A DNA stretch of 64,000 nucleotides from positions 13,875 to 77,874 of IMG/VR virus record IMGVR_UViG_3300005617_000005, one strand, 5' to 3'. The notes below the pieces were generated by a model. The model was given only the letters and a program-made list of their open reading frames with translations. It searched no databases and was not told the origin of the DNA. A program made the position numbers and the translations under genes. Of this stretch, positions 21,873 to 31,952 are shown in pieces. The DNA comes from a virus. Every line of letters begins with the position of its first letter. Within the stretch, counting starts at the first letter, position 1.

Positions 21873-22080
21873 GCGTGGTCAACCAAGCGCCCCCGCCCCC
21901 GTGGCTCAAGCCGGTCTACCTCGGACCTGAGGAGCCGCCGATACCGCTAATCACTTCGATGGTGGGACACTTCCCGCGTGAAGCTCGATACGACGCGACG
22001 ATCACGCCCGAGGTGATCGTGTACGTGCAATGTGGGGGCGAACGCCGAACGTTCCTCTCGACGGGCTGGAAGAGGATTCG

Positions 22081-23412
22081 ATGACCGACAAGAACCTCAA
22101 GCGCACCGACCTCTCACGCGATCAAGCGGAGGTCTACGACGCGATTCTCGAATGGACGCGCGGTCGGCTCAAGACCAAGCCCGCGCCGAAGAAGAAGCAG
22201 CTCTCGTTCGACTTCGATCAACCGCAGCGCTTGCTCACCGTCGGCGGCTACGCCGGCACCGGCAAGACGAGCCTGCTCGGCGTGTTCGCGAGCGACACGA
22301 AGATGCTCGTCGCGTACGTGACGTACACGGGCCGCGCGTCGAGCATTCTCCACCGCAAGCTCAAGGCGTCGGGCGCGAAGACGACGGGCCTCCAGCGTCC
22401 GAGCGAAAGCAACGACGACTACGACGATCGCTACTACGACGCGTCGCTTCCTCGCCGCGGCGGTCCGTCGTTCGTCGGAACGATCCATCGACTGCTCTAC
22501 TCGCCGATCATCAACAAGCACGAAGAGCTGATCGGCTGGCGAAAGCGCGAAGAACTCGACCGCGAGTACGATCTCATCGTCGTCGACGAGGCGTCGATGG
22601 TCGGCGACGAGCTTCTCGAAGACCTCCAGAAGCATCGCGTGCCGATCCTCGCGGTCGGCGACCACGGTCAGCTTCCGCCGGTGATGGCGTCCGGTGAGCT
22701 GATGAAAGACCCCGAGCTCCGGCTGGAAAAGATCCATCGACAGGCCGAGAAGAACCCGATCATCGCGCTCTCGAAGGTCATCCGCGAAGACGGATTCCTC
22801 GACGACACGTTCGCGGACGGCAAACACATTCGCTTCCGGCCGAAGAAGAAGATCAAGGGCGTGCTCCGCAAGGCGTACAACAACCACCCGCCGATCCACG
22901 TTGGCATCATCTGCCACACGAACCGCCGGCGCATCCAACTCAACATGGCGGCTCGAGCCGCGCTCGGCTACAGCGGCGTGCCCTCCGGCGGCGAGATCGT
23001 GCTCTGCCTCAAGAACAACCCGCCTGTCTTCAACGGCATGCGCGGCATCGTCACGAAAGACGGCGCGGAGGACGAGGAGAGCCCGTGGTTGCTCCGCACG
23101 GCGGTGCAATTTCTAGATGAGAAGATCAACACCGGCGACATCGACATGTGCTGCGCGACGTTCAACCGCGAGCGGACCTTCTCTTCTATCGAGGAGATCC
23201 AAGCGCTCGGTATTCCGGTCAAGAAGTTCGGTGAAGCCGGTCTTCCGTACGACTTCGGCTACGCGATGACCTGCCACAAGGCGCAGGGCTCGCAGTTCAA
23301 ACACGCGATCCTCTACCTCGATCGTCGTCCCGATCCGAACAGCGAAGACTGGCGCCGCTTCGCGTACACGGCCGTAACCCGCGCGTCAGAGAAGCTCACG
23401 GTGCTCGAATGA
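22081..23412 (+). CDS. SF1B RecD/Dda-like helicase
   Basis: GYAGTGKT, DEASM, GDHGQLPP, IHRQ, TCHKAQGSQF, YTAVTRA. Confidence 0.93.
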   Translation: MTDKNLKRTDLSRDQAEVYDAILEWTRGRLKTKPAPKKKQLSFDFDQPQRLLTVGGYAGTGKTSLLGVFASDTKMLVAYVTYTGRASSILHRKLKASGAKTTGLQRPSESNDDYDDRYYDASLPRRGGPSFVGTIHRLLYSPIINKHEELIGWRKREELDREYDLIVVDEASMVGDELLEDLQKHRVPILAVGDHGQLPPVMASGELMKDPELRLEKIHRQAEKNPIIALSKVIREDGFLDDTFADGKHIRFRPKKKIKGVLRKAYNNHPPIHVGIICHTNRRRIQLNMAARAALGYSGVPSGGEIVLCLKNNPPVFNGMRGIVTKDGAEDEESPWLLRTAVQFLDEKINTGDIDMCCATFNRERTFSSIEEIQALGIPVKKFGEAGLPYDFGYAMTCHKAQGSQFKHAILYLDRRPDPNSEDWRRFAYTAVTRASEKLTVLE

Positions 23413-23994
23413 AGAACGTCGCAAAACCCGTATGGGGCTCACGCTCCGGTTGGCGTTCACGTCTCTACGCGATCTGGAACATTATTTTGGGCCGCAGTGT
23501 AATGTTCAATTGTTGGATCGAGTTCGACGCTCGTGGCGCGATCGGCTTCGACAAAAAAGTGTACATCGTCGCCGGCGGCTTTCGTCCGCGCCCGATCCCC
23601 GTGTACGCATCACCCGGCAACGACTGGTTCAAGCCATGAGCGACGACATCGACAAGGCGACACGAGCGTTTCTGCTCGACATCGCAGAGTTCGACGGTAC
23701 GCCGGACGAAGCGAAGAAGTTCGACGAGCTCGTCGAGATGACGGCCAAGTTCGTGAGGGAACAAATCAAGATCGCTTCGACACCGGCAGTCCCGGACGTG
23801 GTCTTCACCGTTCTATTTCACAAAGACCTCTTTCAAGAGGACGCGATCGACATTGACAGCGCGATCAAGACGCTCGCGGTCATCGCGGCGCGTCGTGGTG
23901 GCGGCATCATCATCAAGTCGAGCAAAGCAGACGGCACACAAGCCAGTGTGCCCGTGTTGGTCCCGATGCTCGCACCCGACAAGAGCGTCAACTG

Positions 23995-24156
23995 ATGGTC
24001 ATGTACATTCGAGAGATCAAAGTTCGCGTCTACATCGACACGAACAAGGACACGCACGACGAGGAGCATCGACCGCAAGAGGACGAATCCCTTCCCGACA
24101 TGCTTCGTCGCCTCGCCGACGAATACGAAGAACACTGGATGGTCCGGAGAGATTGA
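23995..24156 (+). CDS. 53-aa hypothetical protein not in ORF track
   Basis: TGATG overlaps at both ends; MVMYIREIKVRVYID... Confidence 0.55.
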   Translation: MVMYIREIKVRVYIDTNKDTHDEEHRPQEDESLPDMLRRLADEYEEHWMVRRD

Positions 24157-25838
24157 TGGAGATCATCCGCTACGACCGCTATTCGTACGGCATCCACGCC
24201 GACTACTCGAACGCCCTTCGCGAGATCGCGCGCGGGACGCCGGGCATGCAGTGGGATGGCACAAAGCGTGCGTGGGTCGGATGGCCCGATGCCGTGCGCG
24301 CGTGTGCTCGTCGACTTCAAAAAGAGACGACACTCGAAGTTGAGGGCAAGCTTCCGAGTAGAAAATACACCGCGCGCGTTATCGACCCGGCGCTCACCTC
24401 CGATCTGCGGGGGTACCAGAAGGTTGGCGTCGACTTCCTCGTGCGCCACGCTTCGGGCGGCGCGCTGCTCGCCGACGACCTCGGACTCGGCAAGACGGTG
24501 CAGACGTGTCGTTCGTTGATGGCGTTTCGTAAAGACGCGGTCGTCGTCTGTCCGATGTTCGTGCGCGACACGTGGCTTCGCGAGATCAAGAAGTGGATGG
24601 GCGACGACGTTCGCGTCATCGAGCTCGATGGCACGAAGCCGAAGCGGCCCGTGTGCCCTGTACCTTGCGAGATCTATCGCGGTAAAAAGGAATGCCCCGC
24701 GCACGGCAGCGAGCCGTGTCCGTACTGCTCCTGCGCTGGTCGCCAGACGATCTACCTCGTGCACTACGACATCGTCTACGCGTGGACCGATGTTCTTCGA
24801 GAGTCGACGGTGAAAGCGCTCGTGCTCGACGAGATCCAGATGCTTCAGTCGGCAGACAGCCGGCGGAGTCAGTCGTGTCGCAGCATCGCGATGGGCTGCA
24901 AGTACCGCATCGGGCTCTCGGGCACGCCGATGACGAATCGCCCGGCCGATCTCTGGAATCCGATCGACGTGCTCAGCCCCGGTCGCTTCGGGCGCGATTG
25001 GGACTTCTACCGTCGCTACTGCGATGCGAAGCAAATCACGATCGAGACGCGCTCGCAGGGTCAGATCACGGTGTGGAACAAGGACGGTGCGTCGCACCTC
25101 AAGGAGCTTCGCAGCCGGCTGAAGTTCTTCATGCTCCACCGAACGAAGAGCGACGTGCGCATGGAGCTTCCGCCGCGCACGAGGCAGATGGTCGGCGTGA
25201 CCGTCGCCAAGAACTACCAAGCGCTGCCGTCGAAGGCGATCAAGGGCTCGAAGAAGTGGCTGCGCCGAGCGTTCGCGATCGCGGCTGACGGGAAGATTCC
25301 GCAAGCGGTCGATCTCATCGAGAGCCACGTCAGGAACGGCAGCAAGGTCGTCGTCTACTCGCACCGCAAGGTCGTCGCCGAACTAGTGACGGCGATGCTG
25401 ATGAAGAAGAAGATCGACGCGCGCACGATCACGGGCAAGCTCAATCGCCGGCAGCGCACGAAGTTCATCGACGAGCGGCACGACGTGCTCTCGTGCACGA
25501 TGGACTCGGTGCAGGTCGGTATCGATCTGAGTTACGCCGACGTCGCCGTGTTCGTCGAGCTCGACTACGTGCCGAGCAAGCTCTTGCAGTGCGAAGGCCG
25601 CGTCTACCGCTTCGGACAGAAGAAGCGGACGCTCGTCCAGTACGTGATCGCGAAGGACACCGCCGACGAGACGGTGCGCGACGCCGTGCTTCTCAAGCTG
25701 GAGAACTTCGAGAAGGTCATCGGCGAGACCGACGACGAGCTCGAGGAGGATCTCGCGGCGACGAAGCTCTCGACACCGAAGCAGCTTCGGTCGCTGGCGA
25801 TGAAGGTGAAGGAACAATCAAGAAAGTGGGCAGCATGA
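24156..25838 (+). CDS. SNF2-family helicase with HARP-like N-terminus
   Basis: LLADDLGLGKT, DEIQ, SGTP, QCEGRVYRFGQ; GMQWDG..RAW at the N-terminus. Confidence 0.92.
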   Translation: MEIIRYDRYSYGIHADYSNALREIARGTPGMQWDGTKRAWVGWPDAVRACARRLQKETTLEVEGKLPSRKYTARVIDPALTSDLRGYQKVGVDFLVRHASGGALLADDLGLGKTVQTCRSLMAFRKDAVVVCPMFVRDTWLREIKKWMGDDVRVIELDGTKPKRPVCPVPCEIYRGKKECPAHGSEPCPYCSCAGRQTIYLVHYDIVYAWTDVLRESTVKALVLDEIQMLQSADSRRSQSCRSIAMGCKYRIGLSGTPMTNRPADLWNPIDVLSPGRFGRDWDFYRRYCDAKQITIETRSQGQITVWNKDGASHLKELRSRLKFFMLHRTKSDVRMELPPRTRQMVGVTVAKNYQALPSKAIKGSKKWLRRAFAIAADGKIPQAVDLIESHVRNGSKVVVYSHRKVVAELVTAMLMKKKIDARTITGKLNRRQRTKFIDERHDVLSCTMDSVQVGIDLSYADVAVFVELDYVPSKLLQCEGRVYRFGQKKRTLVQYVIAKDTADETVRDAVLLKLENFEKVIGETDDELEEDLAATKLSTPKQLRSLAMKVKEQSRKWAA

Positions 25839-26674
25839 AAGCGTTTTTCTTCGGGTATCGAAAAGGCTCGGGTCACGTTTTGATCGTGCCGGGTGGCCAG
25901 TCGGCGTTTCACGCGGGCTTTCAAGAAGAAGATCGCACCATCGTTCACGTGTTCAAGGGGCACGTCGATGGCGGCCTCGCGCCGAAGTGGTCCGGCACGA
26001 AAGAGACGATCACGTTCACGGCGAACTGGGATCACGCCAGCGACGAGTATCGCCGCGTCGAGTACCGCCTCACGGAGATGCCTCAAGGGCACTACTTGAT
26101 CCATCACGCGAACGGCTACACGTACATGTCGTGGTGGGATCGTACGCAGGGCGACACGCGCGGAGCGTGCAACAGCAACTTCATTCTCGAAGGCACGCAC
26201 GACGCGGTGAAGATGTTCGACGAGCTCGTCGTTCACTTTCCACACGTTGTGGAGAACCTGCGGAAAGCCGAAGTCTCGCTTCGTCAGGTGGTGCTGCCGT
26301 GAGCGAGAAAATCGCCGTGCGCGTGCTGCGTTGTCTTTGCGGCAAGCGCGGGAAATACATCAATGGGTGGTGCGGCGCGTGCCACTACGGCTACATGATG
26401 ACGCTCACGTATGCCGAACGGACGCGCGGCATCCGATGGGGATTCGGCGAGCCGCCGAAGGAGAACGACCGATGATCGCTACGATCATCATCGCGGCGGT
26501 GTTTTTCGTGTCGGGCTTTGGCTTCGGCTGGTGCCTTCGTGGCGATCGTCGCTACGTGGTGCGCGAGCGCGACATCACGCGAAGGGTTTGGCCCGAGATC
26601 GAGCGGGAGATTTTCGAGGGGCTTGCACGTGAACGTGCAGCGCTGCAACAGAAGAAGGACAAGGAGAGAAGTCG

Positions 26675-27160
26675 ATGGAATTGAAGGGGATGTTTCTGCT
26701 CTTGCTCACCGCGTGCGGCCCGGACGCATTCTTCACCATTGGGCCGCTCGTGCCCAACGACGCCGGCGATGCCGAAACGAGCGCGCCTGATCTCGACGCC
26801 GGCGACGCGCGCGTCGATGTGCAAGGCGACTCGAGTGCCGAGGCCGCGGTCGACGCCGGCGACGGCTCGTGTCTCGATGGTACCGAGGCGTGCACCGACG
26901 CGTGGATGTCGTACTGCGCGCGCGTGAAGACGTGCTGCAACGGAGGATGCGCGAATTCGTGGCAGAACAACGGCGGCGCCGAGTGCTACCAGAACTTTTT
27001 CGGTGGAAGTGGCATCGCGTGGTGCTCGAACAATCGGAGCTCGGACATGCGGTGCGCCGAGAAGTGCATCAGCGACATTCAGAACGTGAGCTGCACGACG
27101 ATCAAGTCGACCAACGGGCTCTGGATGGTCTCATCGACCTGCAATACGTACTGGCAGTGA
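26675..27160 (+). CDS. Cys-rich lipoprotein with DAG-rich linker (myxobacterial type)
   Basis: Lipobox LLTAC; DAGD repeats; Cys-rich C-terminus. Confidence 0.7.
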   Translation: MELKGMFLLLLTACGPDAFFTIGPLVPNDAGDAETSAPDLDAGDARVDVQGDSSAEAAVDAGDGSCLDGTEACTDAWMSYCARVKTCCNGGCANSWQNNGGAECYQNFFGGSGIAWCSNNRSSDMRCAEKCISDIQNVSCTTIKSTNGLWMVSSTCNTYWQ

Positions 27161-27344
27161 TGCCAAAGCCGATTCCGCTTCACTTCGAGTGCGTCGCTTG
27201 TCAGGCGGAGATCAACGAAGCCGAAGGGGCTCAAGGCGCGCTCGCCGTGTTGATTTTGGTCACCGAGTTCGATGCGGAAACTATCGTGAAGCAGCTTTGC
27301 TTTTCACATCGCCGGCAGTTCGAGCGCGCGAAAGCCGAAAAGGG

Positions 27345-27881
27345 CTAGTCGTCGCAGCGATACGGCCACTCGACTTTTTCGTAGAGCTTGATCGCGAGGT
27401 TGTACCGCTTTCGTGCGGGGCCAGCGGTACCGGCGTAGCTGAAAAGAGGCTCGTCTTTGTTGGCCTTCAACGAGTCCCGCATGATCTCGCGACCCGCGCG
27501 AGCGCACGCGAGCGGATCCTTCATCAGCTCCTCGGGGGTGTACCCCTTTACCCGGTCGATGCCGTCCGCGAAGTGCACCTGGAGAAAGCAGAAAGAGGTC
27601 GGTTTGCTCCCTTCTTCCTTGCCGCACCCCGGCCAACCCGGCGGCTTGTCCTTACAATCGCCCGCGATTTGCTTGTAGCCGCTCTCGAAGACGCCAATCG
27701 CCGTCATCAGAGCCGCCGTTCGGCGCTCGTTGTTGCCGCCCTTGAATTCCAGCGGTTTTTCATTGCTGGCAGTCGCGATCGCGACGGCGATGTCCTTCGG
27801 CGTCACACCGACAATCGTCCCAACCGACAGCCATGCGACGACCATCGCCTTCAAAGTCCAGGTGGTGAGCTGTTCGATCAT
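27345..27881 (-). CDS. Lysozyme/SLT-like transglycosylase with hydrophobic N-terminus
   Basis: AIGVFESGY catalytic-Glu-like motif, SFCFLQV, DP..C.R.G. Confidence 0.55.
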   Translation of the reverse strand: MIEQLTTWTLKAMVVAWLSVGTIVGVTPKDIAVAIATASNEKPLEFKGGNNERRTAALMTAIGVFESGYKQIAGDCKDKPPGWPGCGKEEGSKPTSFCFLQVHFADGIDRVKGYTPEELMKDPLACARAGREIMRDSLKANKDEPLFSYAGTAGPARKRYNLAIKLYEKVEWPYRCDD

Positions 27882-27937
27882 GCCCGGACCCTAATCCAGC
27901 CTTGCGTGCGGCGCAAAAGTGCGCGTATTCTCTCGCC

Positions 27938-28705
27938 ATGGGTAGCCCGTCCGAAAAAGAAGCCGATCTCCAAGCACGTGTCGAACGCCTCGAGCAACTG
28001 CTCGCGATCTTGCAAGGCCAGAGCGGTGCTCTCGGATTGCAAACGCCCGGCGCGGCGCGCAACGTCATCAACTCCGCACTGCCCGCGTACACGTACTCGA
28101 ACGGTGTGATCACCGGCAACGCAGTCGGCGCGATGGGCGCGAAGGACGGCGTGCTCAACGTCGCGAACGACGTCGTCTTCCTCCCTGGAGGAATCGCGGT
28201 CGTCGCATCGCAGCAAGGTGCGTACGTCGTCACCAACCCCGGAAGCGCGACCGAAGCGTTCGTGCTCACGCGCGTTTCGTGGATGCCCGAGGGCGCCACC
28301 ATCAAAACCGGCTACCTCGTCCGCATGGGCGGTGAGGGCACCGTCTTCCAGAACACCGTTTGGGAGTCGATGGCCGTTGCAGAAGAGTTCGTGGTCGGCG
28401 CGATCGACTCGCAGTTCTTCCCGCAGAAGGTCGAGATTCGAGCGCAGCTCGTGGGTGGACAAATCGCCGGTCTCGCGACCGTGCCGATTCTCTCGACGAG
28501 CAGCTACATCGGCCTCACGCGCGCGGTGTTCGACACCGGCGCGGCGACGGTCATGTACGCCGCAACTGTCGGTGGCGTCGAAGGCATCACGCCCGGCTAT
28601 CTCGGAACCGCAGCGCTCACCGTCCAAGCGGTCATCGCGGCAGGCACGATCAACGCGGCCGACGTTTCGACGCTGCACATCCTGATCACCAACGGCCAGC
28701 GCTAA
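27938..28705 (+). CDS. Putative spike/fibre protein 1
   Basis: N-terminal MGSPSEKEADLQARVERLEQLL shared with the next gene; beta-rich body. Confidence 0.65.
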   Translation: MGSPSEKEADLQARVERLEQLLAILQGQSGALGLQTPGAARNVINSALPAYTYSNGVITGNAVGAMGAKDGVLNVANDVVFLPGGIAVVASQQGAYVVTNPGSATEAFVLTRVSWMPEGATIKTGYLVRMGGEGTVFQNTVWESMAVAEEFVVGAIDSQFFPQKVEIRAQLVGGQIAGLATVPILSTSSYIGLTRAVFDTGAATVMYAATVGGVEGITPGYLGTAALTVQAVIAAGTINAADVSTLHILITNGQR

Positions 28706-28743
28706 CGTTGCTCTTACCGTGGGTCAGCGTGTAAGCTGACGCC

Positions 28744-30486
28744 ATGGGCGCACCGAACGAGAAAGAATCCGACCTCCGAGCTCGTGTCGAACGGCTCGAG
28801 CACCTCCTCGCCATGTTGCAGGGAGGCAGTGCACCGGGTCAGACCTTTGCCGGTCCCATCGTCGCGAACGAAGCGGCAATGGTCGCGCTCACCGGCATTC
28901 AAGACGGTGAGCAGGTCTTCGTTCTGAGCCACCGCTCGATCTGGACGAAGCGAAACGGCGTCGCCGGCACACAAGGTGTCCCGCCGCTCTTTCCACACGA
29001 GGTCGATCAAGCCACCGACCTCACCGGCGTCTTTGCCCGAACGCCATATTCCGATCCCGCGCTCCGTACCGGCATCAACGACGTCTTCATCGATCCGGCG
29101 AATCCAGCGGCAGACGATGAGAATGATGGCCTCACTGCGCTGACACCGCTCGCGACAGGCTACGAGCTTTTCCGCCGCTGGGGTTGGGGCGCATCGAAAC
29201 CGATCGTTGGACCAAACCTCGCGACGTCGCCCGACGGTTTCACAAACGTCCACATTCAAAGCGCCATCCTTTCGCCCGACACGCTTCCGGTGCGCATCAC
29301 GATCGCGACCAACGGCAGCATGCGCTTCATTGGCGGCGCGCCGACGACGATTCGCGCGGGAACACTCACCGCTGCGAGCGTCGCAATGAATGCGGCAGTA
29401 CCGCTCGGGGGAACGCGCCTTCGACTCACCGACGCCGCTGTCGTTTCGTGGGTCCCGGACATGGCCCCGAATCGTCGCGGTCGAATCACAACGGGGGCGC
29501 AAGCCGGCGCGACCTTCCAACCACAAAGCAATGTCGGAGCTGGCGGCGCTGTCGATTGCAGCGCAGCGCAAACAACCAACGAGCCGGGCTTCAGCCAAGT
29601 GCCGACGACCGTCACGCCGGCTGCGGGCAGTGCCTACGTGATCGAAGCGCTCGTGCAGTGCAACTTCGGTCAAGTGGAGATCACGCAAGAGCAAAATCCT
29701 GATTTCGGTGGGTTCAACAGCTTCATCAACTTCATCGATCTGAATTTCCCCGTCATCGGAACAAACGCTGTCGGGTGGGAACCCGTCACGGCAGCGGGCA
29801 CATTCAGCCAACCGTTCTTCAATTTCTACCAGTGCACGTTCGAGCGAAACCTCGATGTCACCTCGTGCTCCTCCGTGCAGCTCATCGCTTGCTACTTCTT
29901 CAACATGCTCGTGCTCAACTACTGCACGGGCGGCATTCAAGCGGTCAACGGCGGTGGGATGAATTCCATCGCGCCTGGCGTCTCGGGCGTCAAATGGGCG
30001 GCGGTCAGTGATCAGAGCTTGCTCGATTTCAACTTCGTCGCGAACCACTCCCTGATCAACCTGATGGGGAATTCGGTCGGAGGCGGGTTCGCGTCGTGGA
30101 ACGCTGACACTCTTGCCGGGTACAACACCGCAGGGCACGGCGTGATCGTCGGCGTTCGAGGCTTCGCAGGAATGCGCGCGCAAGTCACCTTCGCCAGACT
30201 CGTTTGGGGAAACGGCAACGCTGGCGCCGGTCTTCTCATCGGTGCGAATTGCAATGGAACCGGCGCGCCACAAAACATCACCGGGGTACAGAGCGACTTC
30301 AAGCTCGGCAACAAGCTCGTCGGTTGGTGGTTCAACGATGCGACGGCGGCGTACAATCCGATCGGCGGTAGCGTCGCGACGACATGGGCAGCTCTCGCAG
30401 CGGCCGAAGGTGCAGCGGGCTTCGGCGGAAACGCCCACGAGCTCGACTCGAACAGCCACTTTGCCGCAGCCGAGACGACAGCGTAA
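28744..30486 (+). CDS. Putative spike/fibre protein 2 (beta-helix-like)
   Basis: Shared N-terminal module; FIDP...DDENDG....PL.T motif; G/N-rich C-terminus. Confidence 0.7.
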   Translation: MGAPNEKESDLRARVERLEHLLAMLQGGSAPGQTFAGPIVANEAAMVALTGIQDGEQVFVLSHRSIWTKRNGVAGTQGVPPLFPHEVDQATDLTGVFARTPYSDPALRTGINDVFIDPANPAADDENDGLTALTPLATGYELFRRWGWGASKPIVGPNLATSPDGFTNVHIQSAILSPDTLPVRITIATNGSMRFIGGAPTTIRAGTLTAASVAMNAAVPLGGTRLRLTDAAVVSWVPDMAPNRRGRITTGAQAGATFQPQSNVGAGGAVDCSAAQTTNEPGFSQVPTTVTPAAGSAYVIEALVQCNFGQVEITQEQNPDFGGFNSFINFIDLNFPVIGTNAVGWEPVTAAGTFSQPFFNFYQCTFERNLDVTSCSSVQLIACYFFNMLVLNYCTGGIQAVNGGGMNSIAPGVSGVKWAAVSDQSLLDFNFVANHSLINLMGNSVGGGFASWNADTLAGYNTAGHGVIVGVRGFAGMRAQVTFARLVWGNGNAGAGLLIGANCNGTGAPQNITGVQSDFKLGNKLVGWWFNDATAAYNPIGGSVATTWAALAAAEGAAGFGGNAHELDSNSHFAAAETTA

Positions 30487-30494
30487 GGAGAGTC

Positions 30495-31952
30495 ATGGGT
30501 ACCTATCGAGAAGCAATTCAGCATGCGCGCGTAGGCGGTACGGCGCGCTGCGGCGGCAAAGAGATTCGGTTTCTCACCTTCGAGGAAGCGGAGCCGATCA
30601 TCTTGGATGCAATCCCATCGCGTCGAACGGTTATCGGCGCAAATGGAAAACCGCTTATCGAGGACACCAAGATCGTGGTCGAGACGTTCGCTGACCCGAA
30701 CTTCGACACGAAGAAGTTCGGTCTCTACGACGTTGGCGTACACCCTGCCGCTCCGTTCACTCCAAGCGACGAGGACATCTACCTTCCCCTCGAGCACGAT
30801 GACGAGGGCAATCCGAAGCCGCGCGCGCTTCGAGCCGACTGGGAGCTTCTCAGCGACGAAAAACCTGAAGTCGTCGAGCCCGAAGTCGTCGCACCCGAAG
30901 TCGTCGACGAGGCGCTCAGCGAAACGATCCCCGAAACACTCGGCGCGATCGACACGGAGCCACCGCAATGATTCAGGTCGGCGACATACTTCTCCTCACG
31001 GACACGGCCACACTCGTCCAAGTCATCGACGGCAACGATGACGACGGATGGGATTGTCTCAACGAGCAGCACGGCGTGCTCTTCAAGATCGGCGACACCG
31101 CTGCACTGCAAGCGCAAGCCACTTTCGGTGCAACGCCCGAGGCCGATCGCCCGGCGCCCGGCACGCTCGTTTGCACGTTTGCGTCGAAGCCTACCGCGAA
31201 GTGGAACCTCGACGGCTACGCGACAACCCCCGCATTCGGCCCCGGTCAGATTTGGGCCGTTCTCACCAACATCGACGACCCCACGATCTCGTGCTTCGTC
31301 GATCAAAACAGCATTTTCCTTCCATCCGGTGCGCCATGAACGACAAACAGAAAAAGTGCTCTGGCTTCCCCGGCAAGCCGGGCGAATGCAAAGCGGCAGC
31401 GACCGCCGTGGTGATCCGCGCGCGCCAGCACGTGTGTGAGGAGCACGCGAAGCAGGCCGAAGCCAAAAAGTTCCAAGCGCAGCGCGCGGAGAAAAAGTCA
31501 TGACCACGCTTGGACAGTTCGTAGGCTTCGCGGGACGAAGCGTCGGTTCCGTGATCGACGGATCGGGCACGGACGCTGATCCGTGGAAGTTCGAGTTTCA
31601 GAGCAAGGACGGCGGCTCCACCTCCGTGGAGGTCCGCGACGAGACGGGCTTCTACTTCGAGTACATTCCGCTGCTCGACACGCCAGCCGGCTATCACGCC
31701 GCAGGTGATCTCGTCGACTTCAGGCCCGTCGAAGCAGTCTTTCAAGGCTTCGTCGGCGGTCCCTACCCCAAGGGCGTCGTCTCGCGAACGCTTCAGGTCT
31801 TCGGCTGGGTGAACTACACCTTCCACTACAACGGCGAGGCGTATCCGAACACGACCGATCCGTACGCTGTCCTCGCAGATCCCGACAACGCGGGCTGCTA
31901 CATTCTCGCCAATCTCCTCGAGCTCGAAAATCTCACGCCCGTCGCCGCATGA
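30495..31952 (+). CDS. Four coupled hypothetical genes (30495-30971, 30968-31339, 31336-31503, 31500-31952)
   Basis: AAGGAG RBS at the first gene; ATGA overlaps. Confidence 0.65.

Noticed and set aside
11571-27348. Stop-codon reassignment
   Set aside because: Conserved genes are intact in code 11 and TGA, TAG and TAA all end genes with tight overlaps
28714-30459. Long minus-strand ORFs (also 58664-60508, 24030-25364, 61313-62572)
   Set aside because: Stop-poor antisense frames of well-supported plus-strand genes in high-GC DNA; no motifs
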